Shown piece by piece: positions 29,882 to 40,441 of a stretch of 64,000 nucleotides of DNA (position 1 is its first letter; each line of letters opens with the position of its first letter). Location of the stretch: positions 6,062 through 70,061 of the forward strand of contig DYEQ01000031.1 of NCBI GenBank assembly GCA_020725645.1. The letters are read 5' to 3'. The notes below the pieces were generated by a model. That model was not told the origin of the DNA, made no database searches, and saw nothing but the letters and a program-made list of their open reading frames with translations. Source of the DNA: Candidatus Fermentithermobacillaceae bacterium. GTDB lineage: Bacteria > Bacillota > Sulfobacillia > Fermentithermobacillales > DUSS01. The position numbers and the translations under genes were made by a program.

Positions 29882-30414
29882 CCCCTGGTCCCCAGTCTCG
29901 CGGCTGGCCGTCGTCTTACCGCCCAGGCGTACTGCCTGACGATGAGGTTTAAGAGAGCATCGGCGGGAAGCACCAACAAGGCGCCGGAAAGCGCCTGATA
30001 CGGAAGGATTTGAGTAATGAGAAACCGCGGGCTTAAACGGAGGTTCTGAACCCACAGCGACGCGTAAGTAGCTACATCCCCCGTCACGCACGCGACCGCC
30101 CCAATGAAGCTCATAGAGAAAAAGGCGTCCCTTTCGATTACTTTCCGCAAACCTCCAGAGACCAGGCCGGTCACGGCCAGACCGACCGCCCGGTGTCCGA
30201 TAAAGCGACAAACCAGGCAGTCTTCAAGGAGCCCGAGACACATACCAGAAGCGAAACCGGCGACGCTTCCCCAGTGCCACCCTATTGCCGAAACCAGGGC
30301 GGCAAGGGGATCGGCCCATGCGTGACCTGCAGACTGCGCAGGCAGTATCGACATTTCCAGGGCGAATACGCCCAGGAGCGACAAGACGCAGGAAAGGACC
30401 ACCGTCCATATCAT
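29878..30414 (-). CDS. mreD: Rod shape-determining protein MreD
   Basis: Hydrophobic ~178 aa protein with GLLED; lies between mreC and mrdA. Confidence 0.8.
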   Translation of the reverse strand: MIWTVVLSCVLSLLGVFALEMSILPAQSAGHAWADPLAALVSAIGWHWGSVAGFASGMCLGLLEDCLVCRFIGHRAVGLAVTGLVSGGLRKVIERDAFFSMSFIGAVACVTGDVATYASLWVQNLRLSPRFLITQILPYQALSGALLVLPADALLNLIVRQYAWAVRRRPAARLGTRG

Positions 30415-31229
30415 CGCGGACCCACCGCCACGAGGACTTCCTCCAGATGGTCGAAATCCGTTGCCGGTCTCACCCTGGCCACTTTCACCAGTCCTGGCTT
30501 AGGAAGGGACACCGATTCTACCTCGCCTATGAGGATTCCTGCCGGGTAAAAGCTCCCCATGCCCGAGGTGACCACCTTATCCCCTGGTTTGACCTGTGCG
30601 TCACGGGAGAAGAACTGCATCGACAGAAAGGGTCTTGACGAACCACCCGAGACTATGCCATGGTCCCTGGAACCAGCTACAACCGCTCCGACGCTTGACT
30701 CGGGATCCGTCAAGAGGAGCACAACGGACCAGTCGTCTGCGACGGATATAACTCGCCCGACCAGGCCGCTTCTGGAGATGACGGGAGCGTTGGGATATAC
30801 CCCCTGCCCTTTTCCGACGGACACAACGAGAGTGGAAAACCACTTGCTAGGCGTCCTTCCCGTCACTCTGGCCGCGACGTACTTTTCTGAGGTCTGCTCT
30901 TGGAAATCTAGAAGCTTTTTTAACCTGCTCACTTCAGCTTCGAGTTCGTTGATCCTCGCTTCGAGGCTGTCAATTATGGAAAGCTCCTGCTTAAGTCTTT
31001 TGTTCTCTTCGAAGAGATTTTGCTTTGAAGAAAAACCGGATACCAGCGATTCGCCCCAGGAATAAGCAGCATCAAAGGCCAGTGAAACACGGCTCACCAG
31101 GGAGAGCCATATGCGCTCCCAAAAGGACAGCCCCTGACGCGGACGGCCGGTAATGTTCATTAAAGAAACCGACACTAGTACCGCGACCAGACAAAGAACC
31201 ATCAATTTATAGGGAAGAGACCGCCTCAC
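30411..31229 (-). CDS. mreC: Rod shape-determining protein MreC
   Basis: TM plus coiled coil, GLVGRV, GDKVVTSGMG..YPAGILIGEV. Confidence 0.93.
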   Translation of the reverse strand: MRRSLPYKLMVLCLVAVLVSVSLMNITGRPRQGLSFWERIWLSLVSRVSLAFDAAYSWGESLVSGFSSKQNLFEENKRLKQELSIIDSLEARINELEAEVSRLKKLLDFQEQTSEKYVAARVTGRTPSKWFSTLVVSVGKGQGVYPNAPVISRSGLVGRVISVADDWSVVLLLTDPESSVGAVVAGSRDHGIVSGGSSRPFLSMQFFSRDAQVKPGDKVVTSGMGSFYPAGILIGEVESVSLPKPGLVKVARVRPATDFDHLEEVLVAVGPR

Positions 31230-31319
31230 CCTTCCTCGCCTTCCCCTCCCCGGGACGCGTCTATATCATCATGAGTTCCCGCCGGAAAGACCGGATTCCT
31301 CTGGAGCCCCGTGGCTTCT

Positions 31320-32357
31320 TCAGGACTTCTTTCCCGACGTAAGAACGCGCTTCAACGTGTCTATCTCATCCAGGATCTTGCCGGCACCTCTGACGACGGC
31401 GTAGAGGGGCTCGTCCACCAGGTGAACGGGCATCCCCGTCTCGTGGCTGATCCGCTTATCCAGTCCCTTTAGCATGGAGCTGCCGCCGGTCAACATTATT
31501 CCCCTATCCATCACGTCGGCGGCGAGCTCCGGAGGGGTATTCTCCAGGGTTTCCCTGATAGCTTCGACTATCGCCGCCACCGGCTCGGCGAGCGCCTTTC
31601 TGACCTCGGAGGACGTCACCGATATCGTCCTGGGGAGACCCGACACGAGGTCCCTTCCCCGGACTTCCATGCTCCCTTCTTCTCCCACGTCAAAAGCTGT
31701 TCCTATCTTTATCTTCACTTCCTCCGCGGTGCGCTCACCCACCAGAAGGTTATAGGCCCGCTTGATATAACTGGCGATGGCCTCGTCCATCTCGTCGCCG
31801 GCGACCCGGATCGATTTGGACGTCACGATTCCTCCCAGGGATATTACGGCTACCTCGCAAGTGCCTCCGCCGATATCCACGATCAGGTTGCCGGTGGGGT
31901 CGTTGACGGGGAGTCCAGAGCCTATAGCTGCAGCCATCGGCTCCTCCACTGTATAAGCTTCCCGTGCGCCAGCCTGAAGTGCAGCATCCAGCACCGCTCT
32001 TCGCTCCACTTCGGTGCAACCCGAAGGCACGGCTACGATCACCCGGGGCTTAAGGAGTCCTCGCCTATAAGCTTTGCGGATGAAGTACCTGAGCATTGTC
32101 TGAGTGATATCGAAGTCTGCGATAACCCCGTCTTTCATCGGCCTTATGGCGATGATGTTCCCGGGGGTGCGGCCTATCATCTTCTTCGCTTCGGAGCCCA
32201 CCGCCAGGACTTCCTTGGTTTCCGAGTGTATGGCGACGACCGAGGGCTCCATCAGGACGATCCCTTTGCCCCTGACGTGGACCAGGGTATTGGCCGTCCC
32301 CAGGTCTATTCCCATGTCCCGGGTCAGGTAGTTCATAAGACCCTGCACCGTAGCCAC
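31320..32357 (-). CDS. mreB: Actin-like protein MreB
   Basis: [36 protein letters not shown]. Confidence 0.97.
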   Translation of the reverse strand: MATVQGLMNYLTRDMGIDLGTANTLVHVRGKGIVLMEPSVVAIHSETKEVLAVGSEAKKMIGRTPGNIIAIRPMKDGVIADFDITQTMLRYFIRKAYRRGLLKPRVIVAVPSGCTEVERRAVLDAALQAGAREAYTVEEPMAAAIGSGLPVNDPTGNLIVDIGGGTCEVAVISLGGIVTSKSIRVAGDEMDEAIASYIKRAYNLLVGERTAEEVKIKIGTAFDVGEEGSMEVRGRDLVSGLPRTISVTSSEVRKALAEPVAAIVEAIRETLENTPPELAADVMDRGIMLTGGSSMLKGLDKRISHETGMPVHLVDEPLYAVVRGAGKILDEIDTLKRVLTSGKKS

Positions 32358-32400
32358 TTCTCCCTTCCATTGCCGGTTAGTTTACGTTGACCTCATGCGC

Positions 32401-33114
32401 CTAACTGAATAACGCCGGTGACCCGCTTTCGCGCAAGCTCGAGTACCGGCCCTTTCCGACTATTACGTGGTCCAAGACTGTGATCCCCAGAAGCTTCCCC
32501 CCTTCCGAGAGCCTCCTGGTGATCTCCAGGTCCTCGCCGCTGGGAGTAGGGTCTCCCGACGGGTGGTTGTGCACCAAGATGACCGACGCCGCGCTTCTCT
32601 TTATGCAGTTCTTAAATATCTCCCTCGGATGAACTATGGCCGAGTCGAGGCATCCGATGGAAACCACCTCGCGCCTGAGCACCTGGTTTCTGGCGTTGAG
32701 CATCAGTATACAAAAGTGCTCCCTATCCAGGGACTCCATATCGCCTCTAACCAACCTGTAAACGTCCATCGCATTTCTCACACAGACCAGTGGCTCTTCG
32801 ACGCACGCACCCAAACGCCGCCCCAGTTCCACCGCGGCCTTGATGCGGGCAGCTTTGGCCAGGCCGAGTCCCCGTACCCGTATGAGCTCCTCCACGGAAC
32901 TTTCTGCCAGGAGTTTCAGCCCCGAACCGTACTCCCTTTCTCCCGCTGCTAAGATGCGCTTGGCCTGATCGACAGCTGTCTCGCCGGCGCTCCCCGAGCC
33001 GAGCAGGATGGCAACCACCTCCGCATCGGAAAGCGCCCCCGGCCCGATCCGGATTAGCCGCTCCCGAGGCTTTTCCGCATCGGGCCAGTCCTTTATCGTT
33101 AATCTATCCTTCAT
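32401..33114 (-). CDS. radC: RadC/JAB-domain protein
   Basis: KPRERL..GPGALSDAE, HPREIF, HNHPSGDPTPSGED. Confidence 0.93.
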   Translation of the reverse strand: MKDRLTIKDWPDAEKPRERLIRIGPGALSDAEVVAILLGSGSAGETAVDQAKRILAAGEREYGSGLKLLAESSVEELIRVRGLGLAKAARIKAAVELGRRLGACVEEPLVCVRNAMDVYRLVRGDMESLDREHFCILMLNARNQVLRREVVSIGCLDSAIVHPREIFKNCIKRSAASVILVHNHPSGDPTPSGEDLEITRRLSEGGKLLGITVLDHVIVGKGRYSSLRESGSPALFS

Positions 33115-33177
33115 CAGCTGAATAACGACCTGTGTCCCTCACCCCGGCGCCCTTTATCATCCTGGGGGAAGGAAAGC

Positions 33178-33432
33178 TTACCTCCCGAGCCACAAAAGCA
33201 ACAGGAGGACCACTATTCCACCCAGCACATTTAGGTGGAGGCTGAACCCGAACGTGATCGCGAGAACGTTGAGGTCCAGGGTAAACGGAGGGGTGACCCC
33301 GACCCTGAATCCTTTGGCCAGAATACCAAGGTTGGGCCAGGTATTGCCCACGATTTCCCCGATGATACTGCCTACAATCGCCCCCGCCGTCAGCAGCAAG
33401 ACTAAAAGCCATAACCGGGAATTCCTTCTCAT
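33178..33432 (-). CDS. DUF4321 small membrane protein
   Basis: GAIVGSIIGE, PFTLDLNVLAITFG; usual upstream neighbour of maf/radC. Extended -10 TGGTATAAT at ~33449-33457. Confidence 0.8.
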   Translation of the reverse strand: MRRNSRLWLLVLLLTAGAIVGSIIGEIVGNTWPNLGILAKGFRVGVTPPFTLDLNVLAITFGFSLHLNVLGGIVVLLLLLWLGR

Positions 33433-33495
33433 GTCATTGCCTCCTAAATTATACCATATACTACTCCTTACGGAACATACGGCGAGGGACCACCC

Positions 33496-34578
33496 TCACC
33501 TCTGAAGCTCGACCCTGCCTTTCAGGTTCGGTGTCATCTCAATGCTCCCGTCCGCTTTTACAAAAATGGCCTCCACTCCGGGAAACCCGGACAATAGCTC
33601 TTTCCCTTTATCGACGCCCAGTACAAACAGGGTCGTCGACAAGCCGTCACAGTCCGTAGACGATACTCCTATTACGGTAGTTCCTCTGAGATTTTTCGCA
33701 GGATATCCCGTCTTTGGGTCGAGAATATGGTGGTAGCGGACACCGCCCACTTCGAAGTATCTTTGATAATCGCCGGAACTAACTACGGAAATGTCCGTCC
33801 CCGTGAAAATCCCGAGATATCTCTCGGTTCCGGAGGGGTCTGCGAGGGGATCGGTAATCCCCACCCGCCACAAGGTCCCCCCGGGCTTCTTTCCGCCCAC
33901 GTAAACATTTCCGCCGGCGTTCACCAAAAAGGAATTCACGCCGTTCCGCCGGAGCACCGATACGACTTTGTCCACAGCGTACCCCTTAGCTATTGCGCCG
34001 AGGTCAAGGCCCATACCGGGAGCTTCCAGGAAGATAGTAGAGTGCTCGCTGTCTACCAGCACCTTCGTATAATCCACCAGGGCAAGCGCACTGCGGATCT
34101 CTTCTTCCGATGGCACCCTCGGGTTTTCGGCACCCACATTCCAGAGTTTCGCCAGCGGCAGCACCGTAGGGTCAAAAGCCCCTCCGGAAATACGGGCGAA
34201 GTAGAGCGCACGTTCCACAACCTCGAGGGTTTCAGAGGTCACCTTTACAGGTGCCCTGCCGGCGTTCGAGTTCACTTTGGAGATTTCGGAATTCGGGTCA
34301 TAGGCGTTAAACAGGTTGTGAAGGCGGGCAAGTTCGTCGAAAGCCCGGTCCACGCCCGTTTTGGCGTTCCTTCCGTAAGCGCGGATTTCGATTCTCGTAT
34401 CGAATAGACCGAGTTCTTCCCGGGATACAGGCTCTTCGGAGGAGGGGCAACCCGAGGAAAGGACCACGATTGACAGGATGATCAGCGCCGGGACGGCGAT
34501 CAAGGCGTGGGGACGGGAAAAACCCGCGAGAAGCCTCCTGACATAATCCCTGCGACGACCCTTTCCATCCCTCAGCAA
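33496..34578 (-). CDS. apbE: FAD:protein FMN transferase ApbE (lipoprotein)
   Basis: Lipobox-like LSSGC, GAFDPT, LDLGAIAKGY, SSGDYQRY, YHHILDPKTGYP. Start approximate (TTG after GAAGGAG). Confidence 0.93.
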   Translation of the reverse strand: MLRDGKGRRRDYVRRLLAGFSRPHALIAVPALIILSIVVLSSGCPSSEEPVSREELGLFDTRIEIRAYGRNAKTGVDRAFDELARLHNLFNAYDPNSEISKVNSNAGRAPVKVTSETLEVVERALYFARISGGAFDPTVLPLAKLWNVGAENPRVPSEEEIRSALALVDYTKVLVDSEHSTIFLEAPGMGLDLGAIAKGYAVDKVVSVLRRNGVNSFLVNAGGNVYVGGKKPGGTLWRVGITDPLADPSGTERYLGIFTGTDISVVSSGDYQRYFEVGGVRYHHILDPKTGYPAKNLRGTTVIGVSSTDCDGLSTTLFVLGVDKGKELLSGFPGVEAIFVKADGSIEMTPNLKGRVELQR

Positions 34579-34747
34579 CGTACTTCTTCTCCTTCGCGAC
34601 ACCTGAGAGTTTCGCGACATCTGACACCTTAGTTTATCAGCATTTTGGTGCCGGTACAATGACGCCCGCCGCAAAAACCCCTGCATACGGCGGGCGTCAC
34701 GATCCTCTAAAATGCCCCCTGATCTTTTCAACGTTGCCGCCCCATTG

Positions 34748-35557
34748 TCAGGATACGGCCTTCTCCTCCCTCAACTTGTACGAAACGATGGTCTTCACCG
34801 GGCATTTGGACACGCAAATCTCACAGTTATCGCACAACGAGTAATCGATACGGGCAAGCGTGCCCCTGTCCATGGAAATCGCCTTCAGCGGGCACGCCCT
34901 GACGCAAGCCTGACATGCTATGCAGCCCACTTTGCAGTATTTCCGAACTACCGGGCCTTTGTCGTAAGACCTGCATAAAATGTGAACTTGCTTATCCGCG
35001 GGGACGAGCTCGATGAGCTTTCTCGGGCAGGCCTTGACGCAGGCACCGCAACCCGTGCATTTCTCCCTGATAACCACAGGTATCCCCTGAGAGCTCATGT
35101 ACATCGCCCCGAACTTGCACGCTTTCACGCAGCTTCCCAGGCCGAGACACCCGTAGGGACACCCCTTAACGCCGCCGAGCTGGTCCAACGCCCGGCAGGC
35201 TTCGATTCCGACGTATTCGGCCCTCGGCTCCGCGACGTCCCGGGAGCCCTGGCAGTAGACCATGGCCACCCTGGCTGTAACCGCCGAAGCCTGGACCCCC
35301 ATTATCCCGGCGACCTTCTCAGCTACGGTGTTCCCCCCGACGGTGCACGCATTCACGGGAGCCTGCCCCGCAACGATAGCTGCGGCCAATCCCGAACATC
35401 CCGGATAGCCGCACCCGCCGCAGTTGGCCCCCGGAAGGACTTCGATTATCCTGGATACCCTGGGGTCCTGCTCCACTCTGAACTTTCTGGCAGCGACCCC
35501 CAAGAGAACCCCGAAGGCCAGTCCGCTTATCCCCATTGTCAGGATAGCTTCGATCAT
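34748..35557 (-). CDS. rnfB: Rnf complex subunit B
   Basis: LPGANCGGCGYPGC, CPYGCLGLGSC and ferredoxin CxxCxxCxxxCP motifs. Confidence 0.95.
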   Translation of the reverse strand: MIEAILTMGISGLAFGVLLGVAARKFRVEQDPRVSRIIEVLPGANCGGCGYPGCSGLAAAIVAGQAPVNACTVGGNTVAEKVAGIMGVQASAVTARVAMVYCQGSRDVAEPRAEYVGIEACRALDQLGGVKGCPYGCLGLGSCVKACKFGAMYMSSQGIPVVIREKCTGCGACVKACPRKLIELVPADKQVHILCRSYDKGPVVRKYCKVGCIACQACVRACPLKAISMDRGTLARIDYSLCDNCEICVSKCPVKTIVSYKLREEKAVS

Positions 35558-35587
35558 AACGTTTCACCTCTGAACCATTTATCGTTC

Positions 35588-36175
35588 TCAGTGGAATGCC
35601 GCCTTGAAAAGGTTCTGAAATCCCAGGAACGCAAGGGACATGAGCCCTGTGGAAATCAGAGCGAGCGGAAATCCCTCGAGAGTTTTGGGGATATCCATCA
35701 GGCGCCACCTCTCGCGAATGCCCGCGAAGATGATGATGGCGAGGCTCCATCCCAGAGCGCCTGCCAGACCGTTCAGGGTGGATAGAAGAATACCGTACGA
35801 ACGCCTAACGTTAAGCATCGTTACTCCTAGCACGGCGCAGTTCGTCGTTATCAGTGGAAGGTAGATGCCGAGAGCTTTGTACAGACCGGGCGCCGCCTTC
35901 TTCATGAATATCTCGACCAGCTGTACGAACGAGGCGATCACCAGAATGTAGGCGATAGTCCTGAGATACCCGAGGCCCAACGGCGCCAGCACATAAATCT
36001 CGAGAGCCGCCGTGACCGCAGAAGCCATGGTCATGACGAAGACCACCGCACCCGACATCCCCAGCGCTGTTTCCAGCTGCCTCGATACTCCCACGAAGGG
36101 GCAGAGGCCAAGGTACTGCATGAACACGAAGTTGTTTATCAGCACACCGCCTAAGATGATGGCGATTATCTCCAA
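35588..36175 (-). CDS. rnfA: Rnf complex subunit A
   Basis: NNFVFMQYLGLCPF, LPLITTNCAVLG, AGIRER. Confidence 0.96.
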   Translation of the reverse strand: MEIIAIILGGVLINNFVFMQYLGLCPFVGVSRQLETALGMSGAVVFVMTMASAVTAALEIYVLAPLGLGYLRTIAYILVIASFVQLVEIFMKKAAPGLYKALGIYLPLITTNCAVLGVTMLNVRRSYGILLSTLNGLAGALGWSLAIIIFAGIRERWRLMDIPKTLEGFPLALISTGLMSLAFLGFQNLFKAAFH

Positions 36176-36218
36176 AGACGACCCCTCCTCCAGTACCCTT
36201 CAAACTCAATTGACCCCA

Positions 36219-36851
36219 TTAAACCGCCTGAGCTTTCATCTTGCGCTCCCGCCGGGCCAGGAGGACGTTGAGGATCGCCATGAGTAATCCAAGACAGATG
36301 AATCCCCCTGGAGGGGTCAACATGACGGCCGCCGGCTCAAATAGCGGAGCTTGCGGGAAGCGGAAGCTTCCAACGGTTATTTGACCGGTTCCAAGGAATT
36401 CCCTTATAGCTGATATGAGAATGAGGTTTGCGGTAAATCCCGAACCTATCCCCAGTCCGTCGGCGAAGGAATTCAGCACCGGATGCTTAAACGCAAAGGC
36501 TTCAGCTCTTGCGATGATGATGCAGTTCACCACGATGAGGGGGACGAATATCCCGAGGATTTCGTACATGGCCGGCAAGTACGCCTTCATGACCAGTTCG
36601 ACGATGACCACGGGCGTCGCTATCAATATCACGAACACGGGAAGTCTGATCTCGTCGGGCGTGACCTTCCTCAGCAGGGAAACGAACACATTGGCGAAGA
36701 CCAGAACGAATATGACGCTCAGCCCCATCCAAAATCCGTTTACTACGCTGGTGGTCACCGCTAAGGTCGGGCACATCCCGATAACAAGCCTAAACGTCGG
36801 GTTTTCCTCGATAAAACCCTTGATGAAATCATAAAATACGCTTCTTTTCAA
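36219..36851 (-). CDS. rnfE: Rnf complex subunit E
   Basis: ENPTFRLVIGMCPTLAVT, PLIVVNCIIIARAE, PPGGF. Confidence 0.96.
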   Translation of the reverse strand: MKRSVFYDFIKGFIEENPTFRLVIGMCPTLAVTTSVVNGFWMGLSVIFVLVFANVFVSLLRKVTPDEIRLPVFVILIATPVVIVELVMKAYLPAMYEILGIFVPLIVVNCIIIARAEAFAFKHPVLNSFADGLGIGSGFTANLILISAIREFLGTGQITVGSFRFPQAPLFEPAAVMLTPPGGFICLGLLMAILNVLLARRERKMKAQAV

Positions 36852-36870
36852 GACCCTCGCCTCGCTTTCA

Positions 36871-37854
36871 TTAGAGAGTCTTTTCCTTCCGGGCTTCGTG
36901 CTTCCATCCGTAGTACCTGGGTACCATCGCCCTGTCGATCAGGGGCGTCACCAGGTTCATGAGGAGAATCGAATAGGAAACCCCTTCGGGGTACCCTCCC
37001 CACAGCCTGATGAGAACCGTTATCACTCCGCAGCCTATACCCATCAACAGCCTTCCCTTGGACGTCACCGGGCTCGTAACGTAATCGGTGGCCATGAAGA
37101 AGGCACCGAGGAAAAGCCCGCCCGACAGGATGTGGTATATGGCGTTCCCCTGGAATAAGGCGCCGGGCTTTCCGAATACCCAGGTAAGAACGAACACAGT
37201 TCCAATGAAGCCCAGGGGGATCCTCGGGTCGATAACTTCTTTCCAGATGAGGTAGATACCCCCCATCAGGATAGCGATGACGCTCGTCTCCCCGAGACAA
37301 CCGGCGCGATTCCCCAGGAGCATATCCCAGATCCCCGGCAGGGTCCCGCCGGGCGCACCCTTGAGGACTGCTAGAGGCGTCGCTGAAGATGTCGCGTCCA
37401 CGCCCCCGAAGAACCCGGGTGCCAACCAGTCCCTGGTCATGTGAAGGGGCCACGCTGCCATCAAAAACGCCCTACCGGCGAGGGCGGGATTCACGAAGTT
37501 GTAGCCGAGACCGCCGAAGATCTGCTTCGCCACCACGATGGCGAAAGCTGAGCCTATGGCGGGCATCCACAAGGGTACTCCCGGGGGCATGTTCATGGCC
37601 AGGAGTATCCCGGTGATCACCGCAGAATAGTCTTTTATCGTAACCTCCCGCTTGACCGCCTTTTCGTAGACAGCCTCGGAAATCACAGCCGACGACACCG
37701 AAGTCAGGATGATGGTAAGAGCTCTCCACCCGAAAAATACCACGGAAGCTAGAACCGCGGGCATGAGAGCCACAACTACGTCGAGCATGAGACCGGATAC
37801 TGTCTTATCCGTCTTCCAGTGCGGCGACGGCGACACCACCAACCGTTCCGTCAT
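36871..37854 (-). CDS. rnfD: Rnf complex subunit D
   Basis: SPSPH, KQIFGGLGYNFVNPA, flavinylation site DATSSATP, FMATDYVTSP. Confidence 0.96.
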   Translation of the reverse strand: MTERLVVSPSPHWKTDKTVSGLMLDVVVALMPAVLASVVFFGWRALTIILTSVSSAVISEAVYEKAVKREVTIKDYSAVITGILLAMNMPPGVPLWMPAIGSAFAIVVAKQIFGGLGYNFVNPALAGRAFLMAAWPLHMTRDWLAPGFFGGVDATSSATPLAVLKGAPGGTLPGIWDMLLGNRAGCLGETSVIAILMGGIYLIWKEVIDPRIPLGFIGTVFVLTWVFGKPGALFQGNAIYHILSGGLFLGAFFMATDYVTSPVTSKGRLLMGIGCGVITVLIRLWGGYPEGVSYSILLMNLVTPLIDRAMVPRYYGWKHEARKEKTL

Positions 37855-37909
37855 ATATCGCTACCTCCGTCCCTGAGCTCTCAAGAGATCATTTCGCTCC
37901 CGGTTGCGT

Positions 37910-39265
37910 TCAACCGGAAACCTTTTGCGCCCGGGCCCTGCGCTCTTCCATGATCGCCTGCTTGGCCAGCCTGACGGATTGCACTAAAGGCCGCCGGGAG
38001 GGACACCTGTAGGCGCATACGCCGCATTCGCAGCAGTCGAGAGCCCTGTATTTTTCAGCTTCTTCGTACATGCCTCTATCCGAGTATGCCGCTATCCATA
38101 CGGGCAGGAGTCTCAACGGACAGGAATCCACACAGCGCCCGCACCGGATACACGGAAGCGGCTTATCCAGGTTTACTTCGTCTTTAGTCATCACGACGAT
38201 GCCGGTAGTACCCTTCAGCACGGGCACATCCGTCCGGGGAAGGGACACTCCCATCATCGGGCCTCCCATGATGACCTTGCCGGGTTCACCGGTGTACCCG
38301 CCGGCCTTCTCGATCAAGAACGAAACCTGTGTCCCCAAAAGAACCCGGAAATTAGAAGGCGACCCAACGGCGCCGGTCACCGTGACGACTCTATCCACGA
38401 GAGGCATGCCCGTTCGGAGGGCCTTTGCCAGAGAGTACGCGGTACCCACGTTCGACACCACGACACCCACATCAAAAGGCAGTCCCGGAGGGGGAGGAAC
38501 CTCCCGCCCTAAAACCACCTGGATCAACTGCTTTTCGCCGCCCTGCGGGTATCTGGTTTTCAGAACGCAAAGCTCGATACCGGGCTTCCCCGAGATAGCT
38601 TTTTCCATGGCCATGATAGCTTCGGGCTTGTTGTCTTCGATACAGACGATCCCTCTAGGAGCACCGACCGCTTTCATCATGGCCGTGAACCCGAATACTA
38701 TTTCATCCGCTTCTTCCACCATGAGCCTGGCGTCGCAGGTGAGGTAAGGCTCGCATTCCGCTCCGTTTAAAAGATAAACGTCGATCGGCTTGTCCTTCGG
38801 GGGGGAAAGCTTAACTGCGGTCGGAAAAGCTGCCCCTCCCAACCCGACGAGACCGGCGTTTCTCGCGATCTTGATGATGTCTTCCGGAGATAAAGTGGAT
38901 ATATCGTCAGACCCTGGAGCTACACCTTCCCATATCTCGCCCTTGCCGTCGGGCTCGATCACCACCGCCGTCGACGGCTTCGCGAGAATGGGATGATACC
39001 GGTCTTCCACAGCTTTTACAGTTCCGGAAGTGGAAGCGTGAACCGAAGCTGAAACAAAAGACTGTGCCTCGCCCACGACCTGACCCGCCAGCACATGGTC
39101 TCCTGCTTTTACCACGGGCTTTGCCGGAGCACCGGTGTGCTGCGACATGAACAGAACTATCTCCGGCGGGATACCTGCAAACTCCACAGGTTTCCCTGAA
39201 GAGATTTTCCTGTCGTCGAGATGGACCCCTCCCGACAATGCTCTCGTCCTTATCACCAGCACCAC
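37910..39265 (-). CDS. rnfC: Rnf complex subunit C
   Basis: QHTGAP, GLGGAAFPT, NGAECEPYLTCD, YPQGGEKQL, CIRCGRCVDSCP, CCECGVCAYRCP. Confidence 0.96.
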   Translation of the reverse strand: MVLVIRTRALSGGVHLDDRKISSGKPVEFAGIPPEIVLFMSQHTGAPAKPVVKAGDHVLAGQVVGEAQSFVSASVHASTSGTVKAVEDRYHPILAKPSTAVVIEPDGKGEIWEGVAPGSDDISTLSPEDIIKIARNAGLVGLGGAAFPTAVKLSPPKDKPIDVYLLNGAECEPYLTCDARLMVEEADEIVFGFTAMMKAVGAPRGIVCIEDNKPEAIMAMEKAISGKPGIELCVLKTRYPQGGEKQLIQVVLGREVPPPPGLPFDVGVVVSNVGTAYSLAKALRTGMPLVDRVVTVTGAVGSPSNFRVLLGTQVSFLIEKAGGYTGEPGKVIMGGPMMGVSLPRTDVPVLKGTTGIVVMTKDEVNLDKPLPCIRCGRCVDSCPLRLLPVWIAAYSDRGMYEEAEKYRALDCCECGVCAYRCPSRRPLVQSVRLAKQAIMEERRARAQKVSG

Positions 39266-39381
39266 CTCGTATGAAACCGTATGCTACCGCTGACCTGATA
39301 ACCTGACCACTCGTCAACCCCAATCGAAATCCCCGTTAACCTCAAAACTTAACCCCTGCATAGCAGGGGCGCACACTTTAG

Positions 39382-39411
39382 ATTGTATTCTCAAGATACA
39401 TAACAGGTCAA
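39382..39411 (-). promoter_or_regulatory. Sigma-A promoter of the rnf operon
   Basis: TTGACC-N18-TACAAT. Confidence 0.55.
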
Positions 39412-39597
39412 CCGGACAAGCTCCCAGTCAAAATGTACACTGCCGGCTCCCCTTCGAAAAAGACAGCCGGCATCCGCTCAAACCGTACAAACGCCGGTTC
39501 GTACGATGCACAGTACAGCTCAGCTGCTGTTCCAACGGATAAGCCACCGTTACTTCAGGACAAGCCCTTGACATCGCTCCGGCGTTCGTCCGCCGCG

Positions 39598-40440
39598 TCA
39601 CTTGCCGAAGCTCGCCAGGATGTCCACTACCTTCATGAATTCCGTCATAGCTTCGGGTCCCTTAGAAGCATCCCCGCCGTAGATTGCTTCGGCGCCGGCA
39701 AGAGCCTTCGACAACGACTCAAGGGCGGCCACGCAGGCAGAATGGGTGCTCCTCAGGTTTTCCGGAGGCTGGACCGCTTTCAAAGCTTCCAAGGCAGAAG
39801 CTACGTCCCGGGCAATGGACCTCACGTCCACCGGGGCGGTCTTCAGGTAGTACGAATCCCAGAAACCAAGGAGCGCCTGTATCGCCGGACCGGCCTTTTT
39901 CACTGCCCCCTCCAGCGCGGACACGTACTTCTTATCACCCGAAACCGACACCTGGATGGCCGGGACATCGAGGGTGCCGATGTAAGGCTTATCTTCTGCG
40001 GCAATGACCGTCCCCGATATCTTCGCCATTACGTCCTGCGCCATCTTCTCAGCTGCCTGTCTGGACGCCAGGACTCCGCAGTAGACCTTATGAAGGGGAT
40101 CGGGCGCCATAACGTATGCCGGCGCACCCTTGGCAAAACACGCCTGGGCAAGCTTCGTAGCATTGTCCTTGTTGGAGAAGGCGCCCACCTGGATCCTATA
40201 TACCGTGAACGCATCCACGGATATGGTCGCAGTCATGGTTTCCGGCGCGCTACCACCCTTGTCTTTCCCGGGAAGACCGCTGACTGGCGCACCGGGGGGT
40301 CTGGATAGAATGGACGAAAGGACGAACCGTCCCAGAAGATAGCCGGCGCCCACCAGGGCCACAGCGACCAGGACGAAGACGAACAACGCCGAAAGACGCG
40401 ATGATATCCCTCTCGGTCTCGACATTCGGGTTCTGCGCAC
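39598..40440 (-). CDS. Membrane-anchored SPOR-domain protein
   Basis: N-terminal TM followed by YRIQVGAFSNKDNA. Confidence 0.75.
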   Translation of the reverse strand: MRRTRMSRPRGISSRLSALFVFVLVAVALVGAGYLLGRFVLSSILSRPPGAPVSGLPGKDKGGSAPETMTATISVDAFTVYRIQVGAFSNKDNATKLAQACFAKGAPAYVMAPDPLHKVYCGVLASRQAAEKMAQDVMAKISGTVIAAEDKPYIGTLDVPAIQVSVSGDKKYVSALEGAVKKAGPAIQALLGFWDSYYLKTAPVDVRSIARDVASALEALKAVQPPENLRSTHSACVAALESLSKALAGAEAIYGGDASKGPEAMTEFMKVVDILASFGK

Positions 40441-40441
40441 G

